64,000 nucleotides of DNA from a virus (lineage: Duplodnaviria; Caudoviricetes). The stretch covers positions 1 through 64,000 of the IMG/VR virus record IMGVR_UViG_2934543808_000001. One strand, written 5' to 3'. The position numbers and the translations under genes were made by a program. Below are positions 28,705-38,229 of this stretch, piece by piece. Numbering within the stretch: the stretch's first letter is position 1; the number at the start of each line of letters is the position of its first letter. The notes under the pieces were generated by a model. The model was not told where the DNA came from, did no database searches, and worked only from the letters and a program-made list of their open reading frames with translations.

Positions 28705-29198
28705 CGCGCACCGCCGGTGACGCGGATGACGGTCCCGTCGGACCGTCGGACGGTCTCGGAGGCCGGCTCGGGGGTGACGCGGGAGCGGCTGCCGTCCGGG
28801 TGCAGCGCGAACTCGGCGCCGCCCGGGTAGCGGACGGTCATCTCGCCGGGGAGCATCGGCCGGCGGACCTTCCAACCGTGGCTGTAGGACTCGCGGGGGT
28901 GGTCCTCGAACCAGGAGTTGCACGTCGTGCACACCAGGAGCAGGTTCTGCGGCTGGTTGATCCACTCCTCGCGCGAGGAGCCCATGCCCCGGTTGACCCG
29001 GTGGTGGATGGTCAGGTTGGCCGGGGTGTTGCAGCGGACGCAGCGCCCGCCGTCGCGCACGTGCACGAGGTGGCGCACCGCGTCCGTGGGGCCTGTACGG
29101 CGGCGTCGAGAGGCCACGGCCGGATCTCCGTCCTGCGCCCGCGCGCTGGGCCGCCGGTGACGGCCGCGAGGGAGCGGCGGGAGCGAGGACGGGAACAT
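28701..29198 (-). CDS. HNH endonuclease (actinophage type)
   Basis: RDGGRCVRC, HHRVNRGMG, NLLLVCTTCN and HP...GW.V. Confidence 0.85.
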   Translation of the reverse strand: MFPSSLPPLPRGRHRRPSARAQDGDPAVASRRRRTGPTDAVRHLVHVRDGGRCVRCNTPANLTIHHRVNRGMGSSREEWINQPQNLLLVCTTCNSWFEDHPRESYSHGWKVRRPMLPGEMTVRYPGGAEFALHPDGSRSRVTPEPASETVRRSDGTVIRVTGGAR

Positions 29199-29213
29199 GC
29201 ACGTCCGGGGCGG

Positions 29214-29747
29214 CTACCGTCCCGGGCGGTGCGGGGCCTCGCTGCTGGTGTGGTGCGCGTACACGGCCCCGGCCAGCGTCTTCATGGTGTCGGTGACCTG
29301 CTGGAGATCGGCAGCGTCGAGGGCGGCCAAGGCGTCGGCCGCGGCCTTCCGTACGGGCTCGGGTACGTCCTCGCGTGCGGCGATCTTGTAGGCGATGGAG
29401 CGGCGAGCGGTCCGCTCCTCGGTGGCGACCCCGTCGGCGATGTGGGGGAAGACGGCGGCCTCGTAGTTCGCGGCGGTGATCAGGACGTACTGCGCGACGC
29501 CGGCGGAGTAGCCGTGCTGCATCGCTGCGTTCCGGGCGTCGTTCAGCGTCTTCTCGTAGCCGCTGATGCCGCGCCCACGGTTGAGGAAGGCGCCTACGGC
29601 GGTGAAGGCGGCGGCGATCAGGCCGGCGAGGAGGCCGGTGTTCCAGGCGTCGATCAGCCACCCCAGAAGCCCGCCCAGCAGCCCCATCAAGCAGGCCATA
29701 CCGATGGTGATCAGTATGTAGGCGCGGGCGGGCGTCAGAGGACTCAT
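29214..29747 (-). CDS. Membrane protein (2 TM)
   Basis: Two N-terminal hydrophobic helices. Confidence 0.7.
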   Translation of the reverse strand: MSPLTPARAYILITIGMACLMGLLGGLLGWLIDAWNTGLLAGLIAAAFTAVGAFLNRGRGISGYEKTLNDARNAAMQHGYSAGVAQYVLITAANYEAAVFPHIADGVATEERTARRSIAYKIAAREDVPEPVRKAAADALAALDAADLQQVTDTMKTLAGAVYAHHTSSEAPHRPGR

Positions 29748-29771
29748 GCCGTGCAGTGTGCCAGCGGACGG

Positions 29772-30275
29772 TCAGCCGGTGGTAGCCGCTTCTTCCTGCT
29801 CCTGGCGCTCTCGGGCGGTGGTGATGGCGTCGAGGAGTTCGGCGGCGTACGGGACGGGCACGTAGCCGACGTAGACGCGGCCGGTGTTGGTGTCGTTGTC
29901 GCCGAGGACGATCTCGTACTCCCCGCCGGTCTGCTCGTCGTCGTAGTTGTACGTGCCGGGCCCGGCGTCCTCCAGGGGCCCCTCGGCCTGGTCGAACCAG
30001 GCGATCCCGAAGACGGCGTCGACCGCTTCGGCGATGACCTTGTTCGGGACGTCGTTCAGCTCGACGGTGGCGCGGGTGTCGTCATCGACGCAGACCCGGC
30101 CGTCGCCGAGATCGTTCGGCTTGCTGATGTTGAGCATGACGGGGCAGCAGTAGGTGGGGGTCTTGGTGTGGTCGAGGCCGGGCAGGGCCAGGCAGAGAGC
30201 GTTGACGGCGGAGTTCTGGAGTTCGTCCCAGGCGTCCTTCCACTCTGCGAGGGCTTCCTTCACGGTGGGCTTCAT
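29772..30275 (-). CDS. Hypothetical acidic protein
   Basis: MKPTVKEAL start; high-GC3 codon usage. Confidence 0.65.
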   Translation of the reverse strand: MKPTVKEALAEWKDAWDELQNSAVNALCLALPGLDHTKTPTYCCPVMLNISKPNDLGDGRVCVDDDTRATVELNDVPNKVIAEAVDAVFGIAWFDQAEGPLEDAGPGTYNYDDEQTGGEYEIVLGDNDTNTGRVYVGYVPVPYAAELLDAITTARERQEQEEAATTG

Positions 30276-30508
30276 GTGCTCGTGTCCGATCGTTCGTGCC
30301 GGGGAGCCGACGGGTTCGGCTGCCCGGCCTGGAGCGGGGTTCGAGCTGGAGAAGGTGCCGGCTGAAAGCGCTAGCGTCTCGGCGTGAGGCCGCTTGTCGG
30401 CCGAGAAGTCTCCTGGGCCACGACGAGGCCCGCAGCAGTCCACTTCGGTCCGCGGCGGGCCCTTCTTCGTCTTCTTCCTTCGGTTGTGTTGGGTTCTTCT
30501 TGTTTACG

Positions 30509-30628
30509 TGCGCTCCAGCGCATGAGGCCAAATGCGGTGTCGCGTACGTGGCCTGATGCGGTGTAGCGCACGTGGGTTTCACCTCATGCGCTACACCGCA
30601 CTAGGAAACCCTGATGCGCTCTGGCGTA
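30509..30628. repeat. Five 14-bp TGCG-N6-CG(C/T)A pseudo-palindromes
   Basis: Copies start at 30509, 30533, 30557, 30587 and 30615, with shared flanks CCT(C/G)A and CGTGG. Confidence 0.8.
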
Positions 30629-30647
30629 CGTGGATTATTTGCGCAGG

Positions 30648-31661
30648 TCAGACACGGTGCGGCTGTCGCGCTCCGAAGCGGTCGAGGATCAGGCGCTTCA
30701 GGAGCTGTCGGCGGCGCGGTTGCCCGATCACGATGACCGGCTCCACGGGCCCGCCCTCCCCGATCTCCGGGAGGGTGACCACACCGCCGCGCGCGGGCTC
30801 CAGCTCCGCGGCCGGGGCCGCGGCCGGCTGCTTCCTCTCCTCGTCCGCCTGGTCGACGCCCGCGCGCAGCTCCCAGCACAGCCGCTCGTGCTCGCTCGCG
30901 TACGTCCCGGCCGCGCTGACCCGGGCGCCGAGGGCCAGCCACCGCGCGAACGTCCGGTACGAGACCCCGATGCCCTCGGCGGCCTGCACGCGCGTCGCCC
31001 CCTCGCGGATCGCGGCGACGAGCTGCTTCACGTTCTCGGCCGTCACCACGAACGACCCGCCCGTCGGGTTCGTCGGCCCGCCCTGGGCCGGGGACAGCAC
31101 CGGCACGACCACCTCGGGCCGCGCGGCTTCCACGCGGGCGTGGAGGATGCCGCACAGCCGCTCGTACTCGGTGCGGGCCGTACCGTTCGCGTGCACCTCG
31201 CGGCCCCGGGCGAGCCACCGCAGGACGCTGCGCTTGTCCACCCCCGCAGCCTCGGCCGCGTCCCGCAGTCGGCCCTCCTCGCACAGGGGCGTCACGGCCT
31301 CCAGGATCGCCTCCGTGAGCAGCGCCGGGCGGCCGATCGGCTTCTTCCCGGCGGGCACGCCTCGGCCCAGGTCCTCGTCGCTCACGATCCTGTCGATGGC
31401 CTTGCGCTTCCGCTCGGCGTTCTCCAGCTCCAGGACCAGGCGCAGCGTCAGCAGGTCGAGGCCGCTCGTCGCGCTGCCCTCGTTGTCGCGGACTCGGCGG
31501 CCGTGGGTGATCCACCCCTGCAACGTCGACAGGGGCACGTCGAGCTGCGCGGCGACCTCCGGCCGGGTCTTGCCCTTCTGCACCGCCTTGGCGATGCGGG
31601 TGATCGTCTGCGTGGTCAGGCGGGTCGGGCGGCCACGGGTCGGAAGAGAGGTGTTCGTCAT
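30648..31661 (-). CDS. Protein with three tandem HTH domains of terminase-small-subunit/transposase type
   Basis: Three GRP..LT / ..G.T..AA..GV...T..W...G units. Confidence 0.75.
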   Translation of the reverse strand: MTNTSLPTRGRPTRLTTQTITRIAKAVQKGKTRPEVAAQLDVPLSTLQGWITHGRRVRDNEGSATSGLDLLTLRLVLELENAERKRKAIDRIVSDEDLGRGVPAGKKPIGRPALLTEAILEAVTPLCEEGRLRDAAEAAGVDKRSVLRWLARGREVHANGTARTEYERLCGILHARVEAARPEVVVPVLSPAQGGPTNPTGGSFVVTAENVKQLVAAIREGATRVQAAEGIGVSYRTFARWLALGARVSAAGTYASEHERLCWELRAGVDQADEERKQPAAAPAAELEPARGGVVTLPEIGEGGPVEPVIVIGQPRRRQLLKRLILDRFGARQPHRV

Positions 31662-31815
31662 GGCGCGGAAGGTAGGCACACCGGCCCATTAGTGTCCTGG
31701 GGTCCCCGGGCGGGACTCCGGCCAGCAACGATGCCGGGGACGGTAGCGGTCGGCGAACCGCATGGTGCACGGCCTCCGGGGCGCGGCAGAGCGCCCCCAC
31801 ACCGTGGAGGACTCC

Positions 31816-32310
31816 GTGCCCCGATCGACCCCCGGCGCAGCCCCGGGGAGACCGAGACTGCACCTGGTGCCGGTCCGGCAGAAGGACGCCAAGGCGTTCG
31901 TCACCGAGTGGCACCGCCACCACAAGCCTCCGGCCGGCGCGGTGTTCTGCGTCGGCGCGGCCGACGACGACGGCGTACTGCGCGCGGTCGCCATGGTCGG
32001 CCGCCCGGTGGCCCGGATGCTCGACAACGGCCAGACCCTCGAAGTCACCCGCACGGCCACGGACGGCACGGTCAACGCGAACTCGCTCTTGGACGGCGCA
32101 GCGTGGCGCGCGGCGAAGGCCCTCGGCTACACGCGGCTCGTCACGTACACGCAGGCCGGGGAGAGCGGGGCGAGCCTGCGCGGCGCCGGGTGGCGGGTCA
32201 TCGCGCAGCGGGCACCGCGACGGGGCTGGAGCTGCCCGAGCCGCCCCCGGGAGTCCCACGGCACGGACCGGATCGCCCGGACGCTGTGGGAAGCCCCAGC
32301 AGTCTCCTGA
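31816..32310 (+). CDS. XF1762-family (GNAT/Mom-like) protein
   Basis: HRHH.PP, VGRPVAR.LD.G.TLEVTR, AAWRAAKALGY and YT..ESGASLR.AGW. Confidence 0.82.
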   Translation: MPRSTPGAAPGRPRLHLVPVRQKDAKAFVTEWHRHHKPPAGAVFCVGAADDDGVLRAVAMVGRPVARMLDNGQTLEVTRTATDGTVNANSLLDGAAWRAAKALGYTRLVTYTQAGESGASLRGAGWRVIAQRAPRRGWSCPSRPRESHGTDRIARTLWEAPAVS

Positions 32311-32456
32311 GTCCCACCAGCCACGAAAACGTCAAGTAACGCCGTCGAAGACCGTTCTTCGCCACGAGCGGACTGAGGGAGCAGACAGCAACGGCCCGCG
32401 CGCCACCCGGCGCGCGGGCCTTCCTCGTTCCAGATGACCCGGGAGGTCAGACCACC

Positions 32457-32849
32457 GTGTTCGCAACCATCTTCATCCTGCTGTACGCCGCGCACCTGGT
32501 GTCCGACTACACGCTCCAGACGGATTGGCAGTCGGAGCACAAGGCGCTGCGGACCCTGGCCGGCTGGTGGGCCAACCTGTCCCACGCCGGTACGCACGTC
32601 GCCGTGTCGGCGCTCGCCCTCGGCGCCGGGAAGGCGCTGCTCGACCTGCTGCTGACGTGGCCGGACGTGACGGGCGTCCTCGTGTGGGTGGGCTTCTCGC
32701 ACGGCCTGATCGATCGCCGCTGGCCGATCCAGTGGTGGATGGAGCACACCGGCAGCCGCTCGTTCTTCCAGCGCGGCGGGGCGCCGCTGGTCGACCAGAC
32801 CGCTCACGTCACCGCGCTGGTGATCGCCGCTCTGGGGGCCGCCGCGTGA
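32457..32849 (+). CDS. DUF3307 membrane protein
   Basis: AHLVSDY.LQT, H...H, SHGLID and DQTAH motifs. Confidence 0.85.
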   Translation: MFATIFILLYAAHLVSDYTLQTDWQSEHKALRTLAGWWANLSHAGTHVAVSALALGAGKALLDLLLTWPDVTGVLVWVGFSHGLIDRRWPIQWWMEHTGSRSFFQRGGAPLVDQTAHVTALVIAALGAAA

Positions 32850-33205
32850 CGGGCGGGGCGCAGCGCCCGGTACTCGGCGATCAGCTCGGCCACCTCGGCG
32901 CCGGTGAACCCGTCGGCCTCCTCCAGGGCGGCGTCCGGGATCGGCTCGTCGGCCGGGTAGCCGAGGGCGGGGCGGCCCGCGAGGTGCCCGCACAGGGCGT
33001 CCAGGCGGTCAAGGAGCGCCGCTCGGCGGGCCTGCTCGGGGTTCAGCGACCGCAGCCACCAGTAGCGCTCATGGGGCAGCTCACCGATGCGCGGGGGGAG
33101 GGCCCGGCGGATCGTGTCGGCACGCTCGGCCAGCGCGTTCCACACGGGCAGCCGCAGCGCAGCGACCAGCGTCGCCGGGTCGGCTTCGACGGTCGTGGCG
33201 GTCAT
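32804..33205 (-). CDS. Hypothetical protein
   Basis: MTATTVEAD start. Confidence 0.55.
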   Translation of the reverse strand: MTATTVEADPATLVAALRLPVWNALAERADTIRRALPPRIGELPHERYWWLRSLNPEQARRAALLDRLDALCGHLAGRPALGYPADEPIPDAALEEADGFTGAEVAELIAEYRALRPARHAAAPRAAITSAVT

Positions 33206-33294
33206 GCTCTTCACCGTCGCACCCGGCACTGACAATGCGCCGCGCCCCGTACGCGGAGGTCCGTCGTACGGGGCGCGGCGTTGCTGCGGGCGGC

Positions 33295-33609
33295 TCAGCC
33301 CTCGGCGCCGCCGAAGAGTCCGCCGGTCGTGCCGCCGTTGCCGCCGCCGCTGTCGTCGCCCGGCGGCGGCGTGGGGGAGACGGGCGGCGGGCTGGACGGC
33401 TCGGGCTGCGTCGGGCCGGCTGTGGGCTCCGGGTCGGGCTCGCACTCCGGGTCGAAGATGTTGCAGCTCGCCGTCGGCGACGGCTCGGGCGCGGGGGCCT
33501 CGGGGTCTCCGGTGAACACGGCGAACGCGGCCAGGACGGCGCCGACGACGATCAGGGCGACGCCGACGGCCAGGGCGCCGAACCGGCGACGGGACGGGCT
33601 ATCGGACAT
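33295..33609 (-). CDS. Small membrane-anchored Pro-rich protein
   Basis: N-terminal TM helix and Pro/Gly tail. Confidence 0.65.
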   Translation of the reverse strand: MSDSPSRRRFGALAVGVALIVVGAVLAAFAVFTGDPEAPAPEPSPTASCNIFDPECEPDPEPTAGPTQPEPSSPPPVSPTPPPGDDSGGGNGGTTGGLFGGAEG

Positions 33610-33681
33610 GGGGGGGCCTTCCTCTCGGGGACGAATCCGCGGGAGGGTGGCCCACCCGAACAGCTTGTGACCCGGGCTCGA

Positions 33682-34092
33682 TCAGCGCCGGACGGACGGC
33701 GCCCTCACGGCGGGCGGCGCGGCCGGAGCCTTGGGCGCGGCGGGCGCCTTCGCGGCCGGGGCCTTCGGTGCGGCCGGGGCCTTCGGCTGCTTCGCCGTAC
33801 CGCCGCCCGGCTTCTTCGGGGACGTCGTCTTGCCCGAGCCGCCCGGCACGGCCGCGTGCCCGGTGCCGACGCCGGGCGCAGCACCAGCTCCGGCCGGGGC
33901 GTGCAGCACACACGGCCGGGCGCCGGAGGCCACGATGTCCACCGCCCCGGACCGGGAGGCCGGGCAGGTCGGCAAGCTGTCGTCGTCATCGTCCGTGAGC
34001 AGGCTCAGCGAGAACAGCAGGGCGAACGTGAACAGGGCGGCGGATATGGCGACCGTCAGGCGGTGGCGGTCGACGGGGCGGTGCGGCTTCAC
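33682..34092 (-). CDS. Membrane or secreted protein with KAPAA repeats
   Basis: TM helix and a C-terminal KAPAAP low-complexity tail. Confidence 0.6.
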   Translation of the reverse strand: MKPHRPVDRHRLTVAISAALFTFALLFSLSLLTDDDDDSLPTCPASRSGAVDIVASGARPCVLHAPAGAGAAPGVGTGHAAVPGGSGKTTSPKKPGGGTAKQPKAPAAPKAPAAKAPAAPKAPAAPPAVRAPSVRR

Positions 34093-34120
34093 GGAGGGGC
34101 CTTTCAGCGGATGGGGCGGG

Positions 34121-34582
34121 TCAGGGGAGGGGCTGGACGTAGGGGTCGCCAGCGCCGTGGTGGGGGTTGCCGGGGAAGTGGCCCCACTTGTCGGAGACGA
34201 CGACTTGCCACACCGGCGCGCCGGGGGCGACGCCTTCGAGGCGGCCGGTGTCCTGCACGAGGCGCAGCCGGGCCGCGTACCCGTCGACCAAGACGTCGTC
34301 CTCCAGCTCCAGGCCCTCGAACGGGGCGCGGAAGTGCCGGGCAAGGTGATCGGCGGTGTGCACGATCAGGGAGTGGGCCAGCTTCAGCGGCAGGCCGAAC
34401 GCGGCCACCTCGTACCCGTAGCGGGGCCGGTCGGCCAAGCCGAGGGAGTACGCGAACGGCGGTTCGTCGCTGTTCGGGTTGTGCACCCAGATGACGCTGC
34501 TGTCCTCGGGGAGCAGCGGGAACGCCGGTTCCCGCAGCCGCCAGTTGGTGTTGTCGTCGTAGACGTCGTGGCTGATGCTCAC
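34121..34582 (-). CDS. DUF4262-like protein
   Basis: PFAYSLGL...EV..FGLP...WQVV.SD..G.FP. Confidence 0.7.
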   Translation of the reverse strand: MSISHDVYDDNTNWRLREPAFPLLPEDSSVIWVHNPNSDEPPFAYSLGLADRPRYGYEVAAFGLPLKLAHSLIVHTADHLARHFRAPFEGLELEDDVLVDGYAARLRLVQDTGRLEGVAPGAPVWQVVVSDKWGHFPGNPHHGAGDPYVQPLP

Positions 34583-34908
34583 GCGGTCCTCCGTACGGGA
34601 ACGGGGCGCGGCCGGGGCTGCGGCACCCGGGCCGGCTGCGGGGCAGGGGTGGCGAGCACGCGCGTGGACACGTCCGTCATCCAGGCCCGGAACGCCTCCG
34701 GCGCCCGGTAGCCGGCCCGCTCCACCAGCGGCCACACCTGGGCGGCCGTGGCGATCCCGAGCAGTGCGTTCGGCGAGGCGGGGAGCAGCGGGCCGGGCGG
34801 GAACCGCACGCCCAGGGCGGCGGCCACGTCCCGGACGAACCACACGGGCTCGCCGCCCCGCACACGCACCCGCACCGGGGCGTGGTCGTAGTGGAAGACG
34901 CGGGTCAC
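34579..34908 (-). CDS. Bro-N-like protein
   Basis: F.Y...VRV...GEPVWFVRDVAAALG...EAFRAW; GGAGG RBS. Confidence 0.7.
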   Translation of the reverse strand: MTRVFHYDHAPVRVRVRGGEPVWFVRDVAAALGVRFPPGPLLPASPNALLGIATAAQVWPLVERAGYRAPEAFRAWMTDVSTRVLATPAPQPARVPQPRPRPVPVRRTA

Positions 34909-35009
34909 AGGGGGAACCTCCAGGTGGTTCGGTGCCGTCGCGTAGACGGAGTGGGGGGCCGGAACCGTTACACCCCGCCGCAGCGGCGCGGCGGGGCGCA
35001 GCGGCGGGC

Positions 35010-35312
35010 TCAGGGCGCGGTGGGCGGGAGCGTGAACCCTTCGGCCTCCAGCCGCCGGACGAGGTCTTCCAGGTCGGCGCCGTCTCCCTCGGTCGCCTCG
35101 GTGACGGTCTCGGCGATGATCCGGAGGATGCGTTCGTGCGGCTCCGGCGGGGCGACGGGCCAGGACATCTCGCCGATGGGCTCGCGGATGTACCGGCCGA
35201 TGATGACGGCGTGGTGGTCCGTGTCCGGGCCGTGCGGCTCCAGGCCGCACGTGACGTCGATGCCCTCTTCCTCTTCACGGCCGGGCGCGCCGCACACGTT
35301 CTTGGCGCTCAC
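35010..35312 (-). CDS. Hypothetical protein
   Basis: Coupled ORF. Confidence 0.6.
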   Translation of the reverse strand: MSAKNVCGAPGREEEEGIDVTCGLEPHGPDTDHHAVIIGRYIREPIGEMSWPVAPPEPHERILRIIAETVTEATEGDGADLEDLVRRLEAEGFTLPPTAP

Positions 35313-35890
35313 GTCAGCGACCACTTTCCGGAGCGCTCGAACTCGCCGGTGGTGAGGTCCACGATCAGGTGGTCACCGTGGGACGGCCAGTCGGCGCGGG
35401 AGTAGTCGGCCAGCAGGTCACGGAACCGCTCGTCCAGGGCGGCGTACTCCGGGTCCGCGCCCTCTTCGTCCTCCTCCGTGAAGTCGGAGAACGGCGTCAC
35501 CGTGCCGTCCGTGTCGTGGAGGTAGACGGTGTCCTCGCTCCAGAACACGCCCTCGTCGTAGTTCGGGTCGGTGACGAACTCGACCCGGGCGGCGGGCGTC
35601 TTCTCCCCTTCCACGAACAGGGCGCGCAGCACTTCCAGCAGCTCCCCCTTGATGCGCCGGTCTCCTTCAACGACCAGGGCGTTGCCGAGGGTGTACAGCT
35701 CGTCCCGGCTCCAGTGCGCGACCAGGGCCCGCACGCGCTCCGCGTCGGCGAAGAACGCGGCGTCCAGGCGTACCTGGGTCACGGTGGAGGCGGACGGGTC
35801 GAGGCGGGGGGCGGCGGCCGGCTCAGGGGCAGCCGTGCCGGGCGTGCGGGTCACGCCGACGTCGATGGTGTCGCCGGGGTACAGGTTCAC
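35309..35890 (-). CDS. Hypothetical protein (shares a domain with 35951-36784)
   Basis: PA..V.F....YD.G..W...P..GD.L.V. Confidence 0.7.
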   Translation of the reverse strand: MNLYPGDTIDVGVTRTPGTAAPEPAAAPRLDPSASTVTQVRLDAAFFADAERVRALVAHWSRDELYTLGNALVVEGDRRIKGELLEVLRALFVEGEKTPAARVEFVTDPNYDEGVFWSEDTVYLHDTDGTVTPFSDFTEEDEEGADPEYAALDERFRDLLADYSRADWPSHGDHLIVDLTTGEFERSGKWSLT

Positions 35891-35950
35891 GGGGGTCCTT
35901 CCAGGGGCGGGGGCCGCCCGGCGCGCGCCGGGCGGCGTACGGCGGTCGGG

Positions 35951-36784
35951 TCAGGCGAAGTTGGCGCGGATGATCGCGGCGATGTCCTCGCCGACGGCGC
36001 GCAGCTCGTACGGGTGGGAGGGCGCGCCGTTGGGGAGGTCGACGGTGACCCGCTTGCCGTCGGGGTCGTCGTGGAGCGCGACCACCAGGTCGTCGTACTC
36101 GTCCACGAACACGCGCAGCGTCGGGACGCCGGGGCCCCAGAGCTTCCCGTACGAGCCGATGTACCCGGACTCGGAGCCCCAGCCCTCCCCGAGGACGGTC
36201 GCGGCCTCCACGGCGTACTCGCTGACGGTGTACGTGTACTCGGTGCTGCGCGTGACCTCGGCCGGCTCGGTGAACGGGGAGGGGATGACGACGCGGAGGA
36301 CGTCACCGACCTGCGGCCGGTCGAAGTCGCCGAGCTCCACCAGGGCCTCAGAGACGAACGACCGCTCGAAGTCCTCGCCGTACGTCTGCCCCTTGGGGGA
36401 GTCGGTGAAGTAGGCGGTGGTGTCCCAGGTGGCCCACGCCGGGCCGTCGTCGTACTCGGTGGTGACGCGGAAGCTGATCGCGGCCGGGCGGCGCACCTTC
36501 GGCCGGTCATCGAACCACTCGGTCAGCGCGGCGCGGAGGTCTTCCAGGAGGGTGCCGTACTTGTACCGGGGCGGGGTGACGTCCTTGGTCCACAGGCGCG
36601 CCTCGTGGCAGCCGCCGCACGCCGTGAGGTCGAGGGTGTTCAGCTCCTTGCAGACGCAGCGCCACACCAGGCCCGTGAAGGGCCCGAGGTCGGTGAGGGC
36701 GTGCTGCTGGGAGAGGAACGCGGCGCTCATCAGGCGGCCGAAGACCTTGGCGGCGAAGTTGCGCGGCATGGTCGCGGAGTACAT
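35951..36784 (-). CDS. Hypothetical protein
   Basis: GAAGGGA RBS; high-GC3 codon usage. Confidence 0.7.
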   Translation of the reverse strand: MYSATMPRNFAAKVFGRLMSAAFLSQQHALTDLGPFTGLVWRCVCKELNTLDLTACGGCHEARLWTKDVTPPRYKYGTLLEDLRAALTEWFDDRPKVRRPAAISFRVTTEYDDGPAWATWDTTAYFTDSPKGQTYGEDFERSFVSEALVELGDFDRPQVGDVLRVVIPSPFTEPAEVTRSTEYTYTVSEYAVEAATVLGEGWGSESGYIGSYGKLWGPGVPTLRVFVDEYDDLVVALHDDPDGKRVTVDLPNGAPSHPYELRAVGEDIAAIIRANFA

Positions 36785-36841
36785 GGGGGTCCCTTCGGTG
36801 GGCCGCCCGGCGCGGTGCCGGGCGGCAAGGTGGAGCGGTGG

Positions 36842-37408
36842 TCAGGAGGTCAGTGCGAGGGGCGCAGCGGCGTCGAGGGCGGGCGCTCCGGCGGTGATCG
36901 CGGGCGCCTCGGGGGCGGCGGCCTGGTGCTCGGCCTGCTCGCGGCGCAGGTCGTTGTACGCGCCCCACTCCGGTATCCCGGGGTGCGACTCGTCGGCGAT
37001 GAACAGCACGTCCGGCGCCTGGTCGTCCGGGTCGTTCCAACCGCGCTGCTCCTCGTACCACTCGCGCCAGAACGGCAGGGTCACGAGGGTGCGGCGGGCG
37101 TCGTCCAGGTCGCTGCCGCAGACGACGAAGGAGTACGGCTTCTCTCCGTCGTGCCGCTCCGGGCCCGCCCAGGTGAGCGTGAACGGCGTCCCCGGGACGG
37201 GCGGCCCGGCCAGCTTCCGCAGGTGCGCGGCGAGCCGGAGGAGGAAGTCCTCGGACTCCAGGGCGTTGCTGAACCGGGTGTCGGCGTACCCCTCGCGCTG
37301 CTCGTCGTTCTCGAACTCGGAGAGCTGTTCGGCGTGAGTGGCGGTCAGGCGGTCGCACCGGGCGAGCCATGTGTGGATCTCGCCGATGAAGTCGATGGTG
37401 TCGTTCAT
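36842..37408 (-). CDS. Hypothetical protein
   Basis: GGAG RBS; high-GC3 codon usage. Confidence 0.7.
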   Translation of the reverse strand: MNDTIDFIGEIHTWLARCDRLTATHAEQLSEFENDEQREGYADTRFSNALESEDFLLRLAAHLRKLAGPPVPGTPFTLTWAGPERHDGEKPYSFVVCGSDLDDARRTLVTLPFWREWYEEQRGWNDPDDQAPDVLFIADESHPGIPEWGAYNDLRREQAEHQAAAPEAPAITAGAPALDAAAPLALTS

Positions 37409-37484
37409 GCTCCGGGGCTTTCTGCGGGGGCCGCGCCCCGGGCCGGCTGAGGGGCACCGGGGCGCGGCGGGAGGGGAGGGGGGG

Positions 37485-37703
37485 TCAGTTGGCGGCCGGG
37501 TAGACCGGGGTGACGTCGGGCTGCTCGGCGGCGTAGTCCCGCTCGGCGCGGTGAAGGATCTGCTCGGCGTCGTCGGGGGCGAACAGGAGCAGCACGTCCG
37601 TCACGAGGTCGCTGGCCTGCCACGTCTCGGGCTCGTTCGCCTCGGCGGGCCCGCACGCGGCCACGTACGTGGTGAGCGCGGCTTGCGCGCCGGTGGCGTT
37701 CAC
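37485..37703 (-). CDS. Small hypothetical protein
   Basis: GTG overlapping the upstream TGA. Confidence 0.6.
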   Translation of the reverse strand: MNATGAQAALTTYVAACGPAEANEPETWQASDLVTDVLLLFAPDDAEQILHRAERDYAAEQPDVTPVYPAAN

Positions 37704-38128
37704 GCCGTGGCTCCGGCGGCGAGCCGGTCCGCGTGGTCTCCGGCCTTCTCGGCGTACTTCGTGAGGGGGCAGCGGGGCGAGCCGTACGCCCACATGTCCC
37801 TGATCGCCTGCCGGGCCTCCAGTTCGGCGGCCTCCGCCTCCGTGACCTCGGTCTGGGCGAAGACGGCGCGGATCTCGTCCAGGCGGGCCGTCACGGCGCG
37901 GGCGACGCTGCCGAGGAACGGGCCCGACCCGCCGGTGATCTCCCGGAAGCGGTCGTTGGCCAGGTGCATGAACTGGGTGGTCGGCGTGCCGTCGGCGCTC
38001 GTGAGGGTGGCAAGCATCTGGGGCGTGGCGCGGAACAGGTCGCGGGCCATCTCCTTGACGGCGGGGTGCTGGTGCAGGGCGGTGACGTCCGTCAGCTCGA
38101 TGACGGCGGGCGCGGCGATGGAAGACAC
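37700..38128 (-). CDS. Hypothetical protein
   Basis: GGAG RBS. Confidence 0.65.
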   Translation of the reverse strand: MSSIAAPAVIELTDVTALHQHPAVKEMARDLFRATPQMLATLTSADGTPTTQFMHLANDRFREITGGSGPFLGSVARAVTARLDEIRAVFAQTEVTEAEAAELEARQAIRDMWAYGSPRCPLTKYAEKAGDHADRLAAGATA

Positions 38129-38229
38129 GGGGGCTCCGTTCAGGGGCGTTGCGTGGCGCTGTGCGTTGAGGGCGGGAGGGTGCCGGGCGGGAGCGGCTTA
38201 GGTCGCGCGCTCCCGCCCGGGAGGGGCCG

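Noticed and set aside
30509-30628. Possible CRISPR array
   Set aside because: Repeats are 14 bp and degenerate, spacers are only 10-16 bp, and no cas genes are present.
33720-33800. Short tandem-like nucleotide repeats
   Set aside because: Explained by KAPAAP low-complexity coding sequence.
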